From the NCBI GenBank assembly GCA_902572735.1, contig CACGGX010000002.1, positions 13,585 through 77,584 of the forward strand: a stretch of DNA of 64,000 nt, given 5' to 3'. Origin of the DNA: an uncultured Alphaproteobacteria bacterium (lineage in GTDB: Bacteria > Pseudomonadota > Alphaproteobacteria > HIMB59 > GCA-002718135). The notes beneath the pieces are model-generated. The model had not been told where the DNA came from. It saw nothing but the letters and a program-made list of their open reading frames with translations, and did no database searches. The translations under genes were made by a program, and so were the position numbers. Positions 37,159 to 47,023 of this stretch are shown piece after piece. Each line of letters opens with the position of its first letter. Within the stretch, counting starts at the first letter, position 1.

Positions 37159-37644
37159 ATGCCTAGTTTTGATATTGTAAACAGATTAGATCATCAAGAA
37201 ATTGATAATGCACTAGGAAATGCTACAAGAGAAATTACCACTAGGTACGATTTTAAAGGATCAGATACTTCTATTGAAAAAAAAGAAAATATTATAGTTG
37301 TCATAACTGATGATGAAATGAAAGCTGGTCAAGTAAATGACATGCTAGTTACTCATTTTGTTAGACGAAAAGTTGATCCTTTATGTTTAAAAAAAAATGA
37401 TATGGAAAAAGCTGGGGGGAATAAAATTCGTCAGACGTATGAATTAGTAGAAGGAATTGAGCAATCACTGTGTAAAAAAATTACTTCTGATATCAAAAGT
37501 TCTAAATTAAAAGTTCAAGTAAAGATCAATGGGAATGAACTTCGTGTTGAAGGAAAGAAAAAAGATGATTTACAAAGTGTAATGAAGCTTATTGAGGATG
37601 CTAAAATAGGTATACCAGTCCAATTTGTAAATTTTAGAGATTAA
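37159..37644 (+). CDS. yajQ: YajQ-family nucleotide-binding protein (UPF0234)
   Basis: The N-terminus MPSFDIVNRLDHQEIDNALGNATREITTRYDFKG is nearly diagnostic. The product is 161 aa. Confidence 0.85.
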   Translation: MPSFDIVNRLDHQEIDNALGNATREITTRYDFKGSDTSIEKKENIIVVITDDEMKAGQVNDMLVTHFVRRKVDPLCLKKNDMEKAGGNKIRQTYELVEGIEQSLCKKITSDIKSSKLKVQVKINGNELRVEGKKKDDLQSVMKLIEDAKIGIPVQFVNFRD

Positions 37645-37646
37645 AA

Positions 37647-38255
37647 ATGATTACATGGGAATTAATAGCTGCTTTAGCAGTGTATAATTTTATTATGTAC
37701 GTAACTCCAGGTCCAAATAATAGTATTTTAACTGCATCAGGTATAAAATTTGGATTTATAAGATCTATTCCTAATATTTTTGGCATTCCTTCTGGTCATG
37801 GTTTGCAATTAGCACTTGTATGTCTCGGTCTTGGATCTTTGTTTATTACCTATCCTATACTCTATGATATTTTAAGATATGTTGGCGCAGGCTACATTCT
37901 TTATTTAGCATATAAAATGTTTGGGTCTTTAAATATTTCAAAGACTGAAGATAGATCAAGACCATTAAAATATCATGAAGCAATTTTGTTTCAATTTGTA
38001 AATCCAAAAGCTTGGGTAATCTGTTCAACTGCAGTAACATTATATTATCCAAAAGATGAAAATATAATAATTGGAACATTATTTATGGTCATTATGTCTA
38101 CAGTAGTAAATATTCCTTCTATAAGTATATGGGCATATGGTGGAAGTGTTATCAGACAATATCTTAATAATGAAAAATTAAAAATAATTGTTGAATGGTT
38201 TTTAGCAATCCTTTTAATTATAACCGCAGGCTCAGTTTTATTTTACAACGCTTAA
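37647..38255 (+). CDS. LysE/RhtB-family amino-acid exporter
   Basis: A 202-aa protein with 6 TM segments. TPGPNN near the N-terminus and NPKAW mid-protein are present. Confidence 0.8.
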   Translation: MITWELIAALAVYNFIMYVTPGPNNSILTASGIKFGFIRSIPNIFGIPSGHGLQLALVCLGLGSLFITYPILYDILRYVGAGYILYLAYKMFGSLNISKTEDRSRPLKYHEAILFQFVNPKAWVICSTAVTLYYPKDENIIIGTLFMVIMSTVVNIPSISIWAYGGSVIRQYLNNEKLKIIVEWFLAILLIITAGSVLFYNA

Positions 38256-38875
38256 GGCTTAGGAATTTCATAAAATTCACCTAAAGAATTATATCCTTTA
38301 ATAACAGCAGGTCTTATTGATATTTGTTTATACCATCTCAACACATTTGGATAATCATGCAAATTTATTTGATGTCTTTCATAACGAGCTGTCCAAGGCC
38401 AAATTGAAATATCAGCTATTGAATAGGTATCCGAAAAATATTCTTGTTTAGAAAGTCTTTTGTTTAAAATTGAATATATATGCTGTGCATAGCCTTTAGT
38501 TTTATCCTCTGCAAATTTGCTTTTACCAGGATGATAAAATAAATATTGATGAGCCTGGCCTAGCATTGGCCCAACGTAAGCCATTTGAAAAAAAACCCAT
38601 TGTATTATTTCCCAATAGTTATCTTTATTAAGAAATTTATCATATTTTTTTGCCAGATAAAGAAGGATAGCCCCGGATTCGAATACTGTTTGGTTGTTTT
38701 CATTATCTACAATTACAGGAATTTTATTTGCAGGAGATATTTTTGAAAACTCTTCACTAAACTGCTCTTTTTTATCTAAATTTATTAAAATAGGATTAAA
38801 ATCCACACCTAATTCTTCAAGCATAATGCTAATTTTTCGACCATTAGGCGTGGGTGATGAATACAAATCAATCAT
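38252..38875 (-). CDS. Glutathione S-transferase (Nu/YfcG-YghU-like)
   Basis: The N-terminus LYSSPTPNGRKISIMLEELG matches this group, and the length is GST-like. Confidence 0.8.
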   Translation of the reverse strand: MIDLYSSPTPNGRKISIMLEELGVDFNPILINLDKKEQFSEEFSKISPANKIPVIVDNENNQTVFESGAILLYLAKKYDKFLNKDNYWEIIQWVFFQMAYVGPMLGQAHQYLFYHPGKSKFAEDKTKGYAQHIYSILNKRLSKQEYFSDTYSIADISIWPWTARYERHQINLHDYPNVLRWYKQISIRPAVIKGYNSLGEFYEIPKP

Positions 38876-38915
38876 TTTTTTTAGAATTTAATTAATAGAG
38901 AACTATATTCATAAT

Positions 38916-39149
38916 ATGCAGGAGAATATAGATAATATTATTAAATTAGCCTGGTGTGATAAAACCTCTTTTGAAAAAATAAAAAGAATTCACGGTGTAA
39001 CCGAATCAGAGGTTATAAAAATAATGAGAATAAATCTGAAACCAAGATCATTTAAGTTATGGAGAACTAGAGTAACAGGGAGAACGAGAAAGCATGAAAA
39101 GAAAAGAAATCTATCCGAAAAATCATTTAAATATGAGAGTTGTCTTTAA
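38916..39149 (+). CDS. DUF2805 (TIGR03643) family small protein
   Basis: AWCDKTSFEKIKRIHGVTESEVIKIMR...FKLWRTRVTGR resembles the conserved DUF2805 core. Confidence 0.55.
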   Translation: MQENIDNIIKLAWCDKTSFEKIKRIHGVTESEVIKIMRINLKPRSFKLWRTRVTGRTRKHEKKRNLSEKSFKYESCL

Positions 39150-39687
39150 AATATTTATTGTCAGTATAAGTCTATTGTTTTCTAGTAAGATAGCATTAGC
39201 AGATCAAAATGATCCACGGCTAAATAATTTGTTTAAAAAATTAAATGAGACTGAAAATCAGGATGAGATAAGAGATTTGATATCTGACATTTGGAATATA
39301 TGGTATGAAGTTGATGATCCAAAAGTAATTGAATATTTTGAGAAGGGTATCCAAGCTATGAATTTAAGAAATTACCCACTAGCAATTAGATTTTTTAATA
39401 ATTTAATTGAAGAAGATCCTAATTTTGCTGAAGGTTGGAATAAAAGAGCTACAGTTCACTTTATGATGGGTAATTTTGATCAATCTATGCAAGACATCAT
39501 TAAAACTCTTGAATTAGAACCAAGACATTTTGGAGCCCTAGATGGAATGGGTTTAATTTTTATTCATCAGGGTCAGTTTCAACAGGCAATTGATGTATAT
39601 GACAAGATGTTAGAGATTTTTCCTTTTAGTGTAAAAACTATGGATAAAAAAGAGAGAATACAATCGTTTATTTCTCAATCTACGTAA
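39133..39687 (+). CDS. Exported TPR-repeat protein
   Basis: A signal peptide (MRVVFKIFIVSISLLFSSKIALA) is followed by TPR-like repeats (AEGWNKRATVHFMMGNFDQSMQDIIKTLELEP). I prefer the ATG at 39133 to 39094. Confidence 0.65.
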   Translation: MRVVFKIFIVSISLLFSSKIALADQNDPRLNNLFKKLNETENQDEIRDLISDIWNIWYEVDDPKVIEYFEKGIQAMNLRNYPLAIRFFNNLIEEDPNFAEGWNKRATVHFMMGNFDQSMQDIIKTLELEPRHFGALDGMGLIFIHQGQFQQAIDVYDKMLEIFPFSVKTMDKKERIQSFISQST

Positions 39688-40627
39688 TATCAAAAAATAC
39701 TAATAATAAAGACAGTGTAAAAAAACTAACAAACGTACTTAATACTACATTTGAAGAAACTACTGCTTTTAGTGAGTTATATCTGTATGCAAAATAATAT
39801 GACTGAGACCCACTTGGTAAAGCTGCTGCCATAGTAACAATAATTACCAAGAGATTATCAAGCTCTAGTATAAAATTCGCTAAACAAAATGCAATTATAG
39901 GGTGAATAAAATTTTTTAAGGTAGTTAATAGTATTGCGCCATAAATATTTTCTCTAATTTTAAAATTTCCTAATGCAAGACCTAAAGAAATGAGAACCAT
40001 TGGAAGAGCAAGTTTTACAAAAATATCTAAGGGCTCTTTCATAATAGATGGAACAATAAGATTAGAGTAATTAAGAATGATACCAATTATCATTCCAAAA
40101 AGTACAATATTTTTAATTATACCTAATAATATTTGATAAAAAATTTCGACAATGCTTTTTTGTCTATTTCTATAAACTTCTATTATAATAACAGTATAGC
40201 TAAAATGAATAATACCATGAAAAAAAACTAATATCATATAAGGAATTGTATTTATTGGACCCAAAACTGCATACATAAGAGGTATTCCCATTGCTACTGT
40301 GTTACCAAAACAAGCAGCTAATCCAAAAAGTGCAGAGTCATCTGTTTTAAAATTTAAAAATTTCTTGCTAATTAAAAACCCAGTCATGGATATAAAAATT
40401 CCTGAAGCAAAAAATGAGATGATCAGGCCAATAGAATTAATTTGAGGAAATGAGACTTGCCAAAAATATATAATTAAAGCCAAAGGTAAAAGAATGTTAA
40501 AACCAGTAAAATCAAAATAATCAATATATTTTTTTGGAAGTATTTGTAATTTATTTACAAAAAATCCAAAAAGGATATATCCAAACACACTGCTAACTAT
40601 ATTTAATAAATCAATCATTGAAATCAA
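39680..40627 (-). CDS. AEC (auxin efflux carrier) family transporter
   Basis: A 315-aa protein with about 10 TM segments that reads like the Mem_trans family. Confidence 0.75.
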   Translation of the reverse strand: MISMIDLLNIVSSVFGYILFGFFVNKLQILPKKYIDYFDFTGFNILLPLALIIYFWQVSFPQINSIGLIISFFASGIFISMTGFLISKKFLNFKTDDSALFGLAACFGNTVAMGIPLMYAVLGPINTIPYMILVFFHGIIHFSYTVIIIEVYRNRQKSIVEIFYQILLGIIKNIVLFGMIIGIILNYSNLIVPSIMKEPLDIFVKLALPMVLISLGLALGNFKIRENIYGAILLTTLKNFIHPIIAFCLANFILELDNLLVIIVTMAAALPSGSQSYYFAYRYNSLKAVVSSNVVLSTFVSFFTLSLLLVFFDIT

Positions 40628-41489
40628 AAAAATTATTTAAAAATTGAATGACGCTTTCTTCGATTATATTATTTTCATTTGAGTTTGAATTTTGAAAAAA
40701 TTTTGAATTTTTATCAAAACTTATATTAGGATTATTTAAGTTTCCTTTTATCAAAGTAGTTAAATATATTTCATTATTTTGAGATAAGTTTAAAATAATA
40801 TCTATAAAATTATTACTGTAATTGTATTCTCCTTTTATAAAAATTCTGTTGTTTTTATTACTGATTTCTATTTTGTTAGTTTCTAAAATATTTTTATTTT
40901 TATTTATTTCGCCTTTAAAATTAGAACTTTCATTACCAAAAGCATTTATTAATTCAGAAAATGCAAATTTTTGATTTTTTTTATTTTCTAATTTTTCAAA
41001 GAACAATTTTAAAAATGAAATTAGAAATTTTTCTTCATTAGTTGTTTCTAAAGTTATTTTTCCATTAATTTTATAAATTGAGTCAAATAAATTTTCTAAA
41101 TTATCACTATATTTAAGATAATTTTCAATATAATTTACTTTTCCATTAATATTTACTTCACTAAAATTAATATTCTTAATATTCAAATTATCAATGAGAA
41201 TACTTAAATTTCCTGAAACTTGAAATACGGGCTGAGAAATATCAATTCTAAAATTATCAAAATATAAATTATTTTTGTAATCTTTAATTTCTAAGTTTGT
41301 GTTAAGTTTTACAATTGGAAAAATATTGATTTTAGTTTTATTTTTTTCATTAATTTTAATTTCAAATTTCTTCTCAATATCACTAATTATTTTTTCTTTT
41401 TCAAAATTATTTAGAAAAATATAAATAAAGATTGATAGAATTATTAATATAATTACAACTATAGAAAAAAATAATCTAATTTTTTTCAT
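40611..41489 (-). CDS. Hypothetical membrane-anchored N/I/K-rich protein, weakly AsmA-N-terminal-like
   Basis: An N-terminal TM (FFSIVVIILIILSIFIYIFL) is followed by a pattern resembling the AsmA N-terminus (K..I...I...F..KI.......IFP..KL....I.D). Composition is highly biased. Confidence 0.35.
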   Translation of the reverse strand: MKKIRLFFSIVVIILIILSIFIYIFLNNFEKEKIISDIEKKFEIKINEKNKTKINIFPIVKLNTNLEIKDYKNNLYFDNFRIDISQPVFQVSGNLSILIDNLNIKNINFSEVNINGKVNYIENYLKYSDNLENLFDSIYKINGKITLETTNEEKFLISFLKLFFEKLENKKNQKFAFSELINAFGNESSNFKGEINKNKNILETNKIEISNKNNRIFIKGEYNYSNNFIDIILNLSQNNEIYLTTLIKGNLNNPNISFDKNSKFFQNSNSNENNIIEESVIQFLNNFFDFND

Positions 41490-41507
41490 AAATTAGATCG
41501 TAAAAAA

Positions 41508-43955
41508 CTATATTTTTGTAAAATTATTTTCAGGATCATGCAATGGATTAAATTGAACAGACATAACATATTTATTTTTAGCAACTTCAACTTCAAAATT
41601 GCTGCCATTTAATTTTTTTAAATCTATTTCTGAATCTATATATCCAAAGACCATATTTTTATTATAACAAAATGAATAATTGCTAGAAGTTGTTTCTCCC
41701 ACAATTTTATTTTTATAATAGATAGGCTCATCATGTAATAAGAGAGGATTTCCTGGCGTAGATTTTTCTAAAACAAAATTTGTTAGTTGTTTCTTTTTAA
41801 TTCTATTTTTTCCTTTTAAAGCTTCTTTACCTATAAAATCTGATTTTTTATTTAATTTAACAGTTAATTCTAATCCAGCTTCAAAAGGGTTTTCAGCTGG
41901 AGAAATATCATGACCCCAATGCAAATACCCCTTTTCCATTCTCATGATATCTAGTGCATGGGCACCAGCATGTGAAAGGTTATATTTTTCTCCAACTTTA
42001 ACTAACTCTAAGTAAATTTCTCTAGATATATTTATAGGAACATAAATTTCCCAACCAAGTTCACCAACAAAAGATAATCTTTGGAAGATTAATTTATTAT
42101 TTTTCAGTGATATTTCTTTAGCAGTTCCAAATTTAAAATTGTCGTTTGAAAAATGTTCTCCAAATATTTCTGTTAGAATTTCTCTACTTTTAGGACCAAA
42201 AATACCAAAGCAAGCTAAACTTTCAGTGATATCAATTAAAGTTGTGTTTTTACTTAAATTTTCTGAAATATGTTTTTTATCATGTTCTCTCACAGATGAG
42301 CCCGTCACAATACGAAAAGAATTAGTATCAATACAAGTAACTGTTAAATCAGCAACAATGCCACCATTTGAATTAAGCATTTGCGTGTAAGTAGTATGAC
42401 CGGGATAATTTTTAATATTATTACAGCATAATCGTTGAAGATCGTTGAAGGCAGTGTCTCCATTAATTTCAAATTTTGCAAAGGCACTTAAGTCAAATAA
42501 ACCAGCGTTTTTTCTTGTGTTTATTGTTTCATACTTTGCTGCATCATACCAATTTTGATAGCCATAACTATACTCATATTCTGGTTTCTTACCATTTAGA
42601 GCATACCACATTGGTCTTTCAAAACCGGCCACTTGACCAAAGCATGCCCCTGCTTTTTTCAAATCATTATGAAAAGGAAGTAGTTTAATATTTCTCGAAG
42701 ATTTATGTTGTTTGTAAGGCCAGTGCATTGCATATAAATCTCCTAATGACTCAGTAACTCTTTCAGTTATAAATTTTGTATCAGAGTGAAATTTTTCAAA
42801 TCTTGAAATATCTAAGGAGTAAAGATCATCATTAACCTCACCGTTCATCATCCATTCTGCAGTTACCTTACCTGCACCACCAGCACTCTGAATACCAATA
42901 CTATTAAATCCACAACAAACATAAAAGTTTTTTATTTCTGGTGTTTCTCCTAAAAGATAATTTGTATCTGGAGTAAAAGCTTCAGGACCGTTAAAGAATT
43001 TTCTTATACCTACATTTTCAAGGGCTGGTATTCTTTTCATAGCATTTTTTAAATGCGGTTCAAAATGATCAAAATCTTCAGGTAGTTCTCCAAAAGAAAA
43101 ATCATTGGGCACTTTATACGTATCAGTAAATGCAGGTTTAGCTTTAGGCTCAAAAATTCCTACTAAAATTTTTCCAGCATCCTCTTTTAGATATAAGCAA
43201 TTATTATAATCTCTAAGAACTGGAAGTGATTTAGAAATTTCTTTTAATGGCTCACTTAATATATAGAAGTGTTCATTTGGATATAGCGGTATACTAACGT
43301 TAATATCATTTGCTATCTGCCTAGACCACATTCCAGAAGCTAGAACAATATACTCACATTTAATTTTTCCATGTTTTGTATCTACACCTTCTATTGATCC
43401 ATTTTTAGTAAGGATTTTATTTACAGAACAATGTTCAAATATTTGAGCACCATACATTTTTGCCGCTTTAGCAAGAACATTTGTTATACCAACAGGATCT
43501 GCTTGACCATCTTTTGGTATAAATATTCCACCAACAACATCATCAGTATTTATAAGAGAATAAATATCCTTAATCTGATTTTTTTCTAATTCATTAACTT
43601 CTATATTAAATCTTTGAGCAAAAGTAGCTTGCCTTTTTAATTCTTCTAATCGATCATTAGTTGTTGCAATAGTTAAAGAGCCGTTTTGCTTTAAACCTGT
43701 TGCTAATCCTGTTTCTTTTTCCAGGTCTTTATATAAATTTAACGAATAATTTCTAAGTTTTGTAATGGTTGCTGAAGCACCAATCTGACCAATCAGTCCT
43801 GCTGCATGCCAAGTAGTTCCAGAAGTTAATTGATCTCTTTCTAGCAAGATAACATCTTTCCATCCAAATTTTGCTAAATGATAAGCTGCAGAACATCCAG
43901 CTATACCACCGCCTATTACAACTACTTTTGCAGAAGGAGGAATTTTATTACTCAT
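41508..43955 (-). CDS. Dimethylglycine/sarcosine dehydrogenase family (FAD DAO domain + GcvT folate-binding domain)
   Basis: The 815-aa product has an N-terminal VVVIGGGIAGCSAAYHLAK dinucleotide fold and C-terminal aminomethyltransferase-like domains. Confidence 0.85.
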   Translation of the reverse strand: MSNKIPPSAKVVVIGGGIAGCSAAYHLAKFGWKDVILLERDQLTSGTTWHAAGLIGQIGASATITKLRNYSLNLYKDLEKETGLATGLKQNGSLTIATTNDRLEELKRQATFAQRFNIEVNELEKNQIKDIYSLINTDDVVGGIFIPKDGQADPVGITNVLAKAAKMYGAQIFEHCSVNKILTKNGSIEGVDTKHGKIKCEYIVLASGMWSRQIANDINVSIPLYPNEHFYILSEPLKEISKSLPVLRDYNNCLYLKEDAGKILVGIFEPKAKPAFTDTYKVPNDFSFGELPEDFDHFEPHLKNAMKRIPALENVGIRKFFNGPEAFTPDTNYLLGETPEIKNFYVCCGFNSIGIQSAGGAGKVTAEWMMNGEVNDDLYSLDISRFEKFHSDTKFITERVTESLGDLYAMHWPYKQHKSSRNIKLLPFHNDLKKAGACFGQVAGFERPMWYALNGKKPEYEYSYGYQNWYDAAKYETINTRKNAGLFDLSAFAKFEINGDTAFNDLQRLCCNNIKNYPGHTTYTQMLNSNGGIVADLTVTCIDTNSFRIVTGSSVREHDKKHISENLSKNTTLIDITESLACFGIFGPKSREILTEIFGEHFSNDNFKFGTAKEISLKNNKLIFQRLSFVGELGWEIYVPINISREIYLELVKVGEKYNLSHAGAHALDIMRMEKGYLHWGHDISPAENPFEAGLELTVKLNKKSDFIGKEALKGKNRIKKKQLTNFVLEKSTPGNPLLLHDEPIYYKNKIVGETTSSNYSFCYNKNMVFGYIDSEIDLKKLNGSNFEVEVAKNKYVMSVQFNPLHDPENNFTKI

Positions 43956-43963
43956 TTGTAATA

Positions 43964-44968
43964 TTATAGATAAAGATTTTCAGTATGAGTTTCAAAATAA
44001 AAATCTAGATCTTCTATATTTATTTCATCTATTGTTGATGGTTTCCAAATAGGATTATGATCTTTTGAAATTAGCACAGAATTTACACCATTATCAAAGT
44101 CACTACGGTATACTATTTTTTGACTTAATTGAAATTCAGTTTCTAAACATTCTTTTAACGGTTTACCTTTTGCATCATCTATAAGTTTAGTGCTTATCGC
44201 AAGACTCATTGGACATTTAACTAAAAGAATATCTAAAATTTTTTTTGAAAACTCTGAGTTATGATTTTTTAAATTTGATATAATTGTTTGAATATTTCCA
44301 TTGAATAGTTCATTTATTAAATTCATATTTTTAATTAGATAAGTATCATTCTTTACTTCAAAATTATCGTGTGAAATTTCTCCTCTTGTAATAAATTTTT
44401 CTTTAACATCTTCTATTTTATTACTTTTAAAGTAGTGAGTTGCTAATCCGAAAAAAATTAATTCATTTAACCCTAAAACCTCACCTGTTAAACCAATATA
44501 CTTACCAATGTTATCTGGAAGATTTGATAAAAAATAACTTCCGCCAACATCTGGAAAAAAGCCAATTGCAGATTCTGGCATTGCAAATTTTGAATTGTCT
44601 GTTGCCAATCTGTGATCACCATAGATTGATAAACCAACCCCGCCCCCCATGACTACACCATTCCAAACTGAAAGAAATTCTTTACTAAATTGGCTTATTA
44701 AATAATTAAGTTTATATTCAATTTTAAAAAAATCATGTTTTAAAGAGTTTTCTTTTCCAGCAAGAACAAGAGATTTTACATCACCTCCTGCACAAAAATG
44801 TTTACCTTCTCCAACTAACAATACTCTTAAGATATTATCTTTTTCTTCCCATTCTAATAATTTGTCATAGAATTTTTTTGCCATTTCTAAATTGAGAGCA
44901 TTTAAAGCTTTAGGACGATTTAGTTTAATGATTCCAGTTTGGTTAGTTTCTGAAAATACAATATCCAT
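43964..44968 (-). CDS. 3-hydroxyisobutyryl-CoA hydrolase (crotonase superfamily, ECH_2)
   Basis: The motifs KHFCAGGDV and GVVMGGGVGLS are present, and the extended C-terminal domain is typical of HIBCH. Confidence 0.7.
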   Translation of the reverse strand: MDIVFSETNQTGIIKLNRPKALNALNLEMAKKFYDKLLEWEEKDNILRVLLVGEGKHFCAGGDVKSLVLAGKENSLKHDFFKIEYKLNYLISQFSKEFLSVWNGVVMGGGVGLSIYGDHRLATDNSKFAMPESAIGFFPDVGGSYFLSNLPDNIGKYIGLTGEVLGLNELIFFGLATHYFKSNKIEDVKEKFITRGEISHDNFEVKNDTYLIKNMNLINELFNGNIQTIISNLKNHNSEFSKKILDILLVKCPMSLAISTKLIDDAKGKPLKECLETEFQLSQKIVYRSDFDNGVNSVLISKDHNPIWKPSTIDEINIEDLDFYFETHTENLYL

Positions 44969-44971
44969 TAA

Positions 44972-47023
44972 TTATTTTTTAAACTGCAAAACTTTATTAG
45001 AAAGACCCACTTCTTTTGCCTTTAATCTATTAATTTCATCTCGTAATCTTGCTGCATCTTCAAATTCAAGTTTTGAAGCAAATTCATTCATTTTTTTCTC
45101 TAAATTTTTAATATGTTTATTAAGATCCTTACCAACCAATTCTTTAGCATTATCAATCTCAACTGTAACATGATCTTGTTCAGCTGTGTTCTCAATTATT
45201 TCTTGAATATTCTTTTTAATACTGATTGGTGTAATTTTATTTATTTTGTTATATTCTAGTTGTTTTGTTCGTCTTCTATCTGTCTCTTCGATTGCTTCTT
45301 TCATACTAGTGGTGATGTTATCAGCATACATTAAGACTTTACTCTCAACATTTCTTGCAGCCCTACCAATAGTCTGAATTAAACTAGTTCTAGAACGAAG
45401 GTAACCTTCCTTATCAGCATCTAATATAGCCATTAAAGCACATTCAGGAATATCTAAACCTTCTCTAAGAAGATTTATTCCTACTAAAACATTAAAAACT
45501 CCTAGTCTTAGATCTCTAATAATTTCTATTCTTTCTAATGTATCGATATCAGAGTGAAGATACCTTACCTTTAATCCTTCTTCATTGATATATTCAGTAA
45601 GATCTTCGGCCATTTTTTTTGTAAGTGTTGTGATTAGAACACGATGACCTTTATCTATAGTCTTTTTACATTCATCAATTAAGTTATCAATTTGATGTTT
45701 AGTTGGCCTTATCTCTATAGGTGGATCAATTAAACCTGTTGGTCTAATTACTTGTTCAACAAAGGTGCCACCTGTCTTTTCAAGTTCATAATCTCCTGGT
45801 GTTGCACTTACAAATATAGTTTGTGGACGCATTGCATCCCATTCTTCTCTTTTTAAAGGTCTGTTATCAACACAACTTGGTAATCTAAAACCATATTGAG
45901 CTAAAGTTGATTTTCTAGAAAAATCACCTTTGTACATTCCTGCTATTTGACCACATGTCTGATGGCTTTCATCTATAAACAATAAAGAGTCTTCTGGAAT
46001 ATATTCATAAAGTGTAGGAGGAGGCTCTCCCGGCTGTCTTCCTGACAAATATCTAGAATAATTTTCAATACCACTGCAACTTCCAGTAGTTTCCATCATT
46101 TCTAAGTCAAATGTAGTTCTCTCATCCAACCTTTGTCTTTCTAAGTATTTTTTTTCTTTTTCAAAAATCTCTAATTGTTTTTTTAGATCATTTTTAATCA
46201 TTGTAATTGCTTTTTTTATTGTTGGCTTTGGGGTTACATAATGAGAGTTTGCAAAGATTCTTATTTGTTCAAGTTCTCCGAGCTTCTCTCCAGTAAGTGG
46301 GTCCACTTGTGTTATACTCTCTATATCATCTCCAAACATAGATATTTTCCAAGAAATATCTTCGTAGTGAGAGGGGAAAATTTCTAAAATATCTCCCTTA
46401 GCCCTAAAGCTACCTCTTCTAAAGTCCATGTCACGACGTTTGTATAAAAGTTCTACCAATTTTCTGATAATAATCTCTCTACTTATTGATTGATTTTTAT
46501 CTAAAGTAAAAGACATTGAAGAATAAGCATCAACTGATCCAATACCATAAATACAAGAAACTGATGCTACTATGATTGTATCTCTTCTTTCCACTAAAGA
46601 TCTAGTAGCTGAATGTCTTAGACGATCAATTTGTTCGTTTATTGAAGATTCTTTTTCAATATATGTATCAGTCCTTGGTACATATGCTTCTGGTGTGTAA
46701 TAATCATAATAACTGACAAAATATTCAACAGCATTATTTGGAAACAAATTTTTCATTTCGCCATAAAGTTGTGCTGCTAATGTTTTGTTTGGTGCCATTA
46801 TTAAAGTCGGTTTCTGTACCTTTTCAATTACTTTAGCCATTGTAAAGGTCTTACCTGATCCAGTGACACCTAAAAGAACTTGTTCTTGTTCTCCTTCATT
46901 TAGACTTTTAACAATACTTTTAATTGCTTCAGGTTGATCACCACTTGGATTAAAATCACTGACAATTTTAAAAGGTGTTGTGATTTCGGGAGAGAGATGA
47001 TGTTTTTTTTCTGCTTTATTCAT
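44972..47023 (-). CDS. uvrB: Excinuclease ABC subunit B
   Basis: Walker A is GVTGSGKTF. The helicase motifs and a C-terminal UVR domain (LEFEDAARLRDEINRLK) are present. The product is 683 aa. Confidence 0.95.
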   Translation of the reverse strand: MNKAEKKHHLSPEITTPFKIVSDFNPSGDQPEAIKSIVKSLNEGEQEQVLLGVTGSGKTFTMAKVIEKVQKPTLIMAPNKTLAAQLYGEMKNLFPNNAVEYFVSYYDYYTPEAYVPRTDTYIEKESSINEQIDRLRHSATRSLVERRDTIIVASVSCIYGIGSVDAYSSMSFTLDKNQSISREIIIRKLVELLYKRRDMDFRRGSFRAKGDILEIFPSHYEDISWKISMFGDDIESITQVDPLTGEKLGELEQIRIFANSHYVTPKPTIKKAITMIKNDLKKQLEIFEKEKKYLERQRLDERTTFDLEMMETTGSCSGIENYSRYLSGRQPGEPPPTLYEYIPEDSLLFIDESHQTCGQIAGMYKGDFSRKSTLAQYGFRLPSCVDNRPLKREEWDAMRPQTIFVSATPGDYELEKTGGTFVEQVIRPTGLIDPPIEIRPTKHQIDNLIDECKKTIDKGHRVLITTLTKKMAEDLTEYINEEGLKVRYLHSDIDTLERIEIIRDLRLGVFNVLVGINLLREGLDIPECALMAILDADKEGYLRSRTSLIQTIGRAARNVESKVLMYADNITTSMKEAIEETDRRRTKQLEYNKINKITPISIKKNIQEIIENTAEQDHVTVEIDNAKELVGKDLNKHIKNLEKKMNEFASKLEFEDAARLRDEINRLKAKEVGLSNKVLQFKK

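Noticed and set aside
40611-41489. Highly repetitive-looking A/T-rich DNA (many aaaatt/ttttat runs), considered as a possible repeat array or CRISPR-like region.
   Set aside because: There are no regularly spaced identical repeats. The region is one continuous 292-codon ORF whose bias reflects N/K/I/F-rich low-complexity coding sequence.
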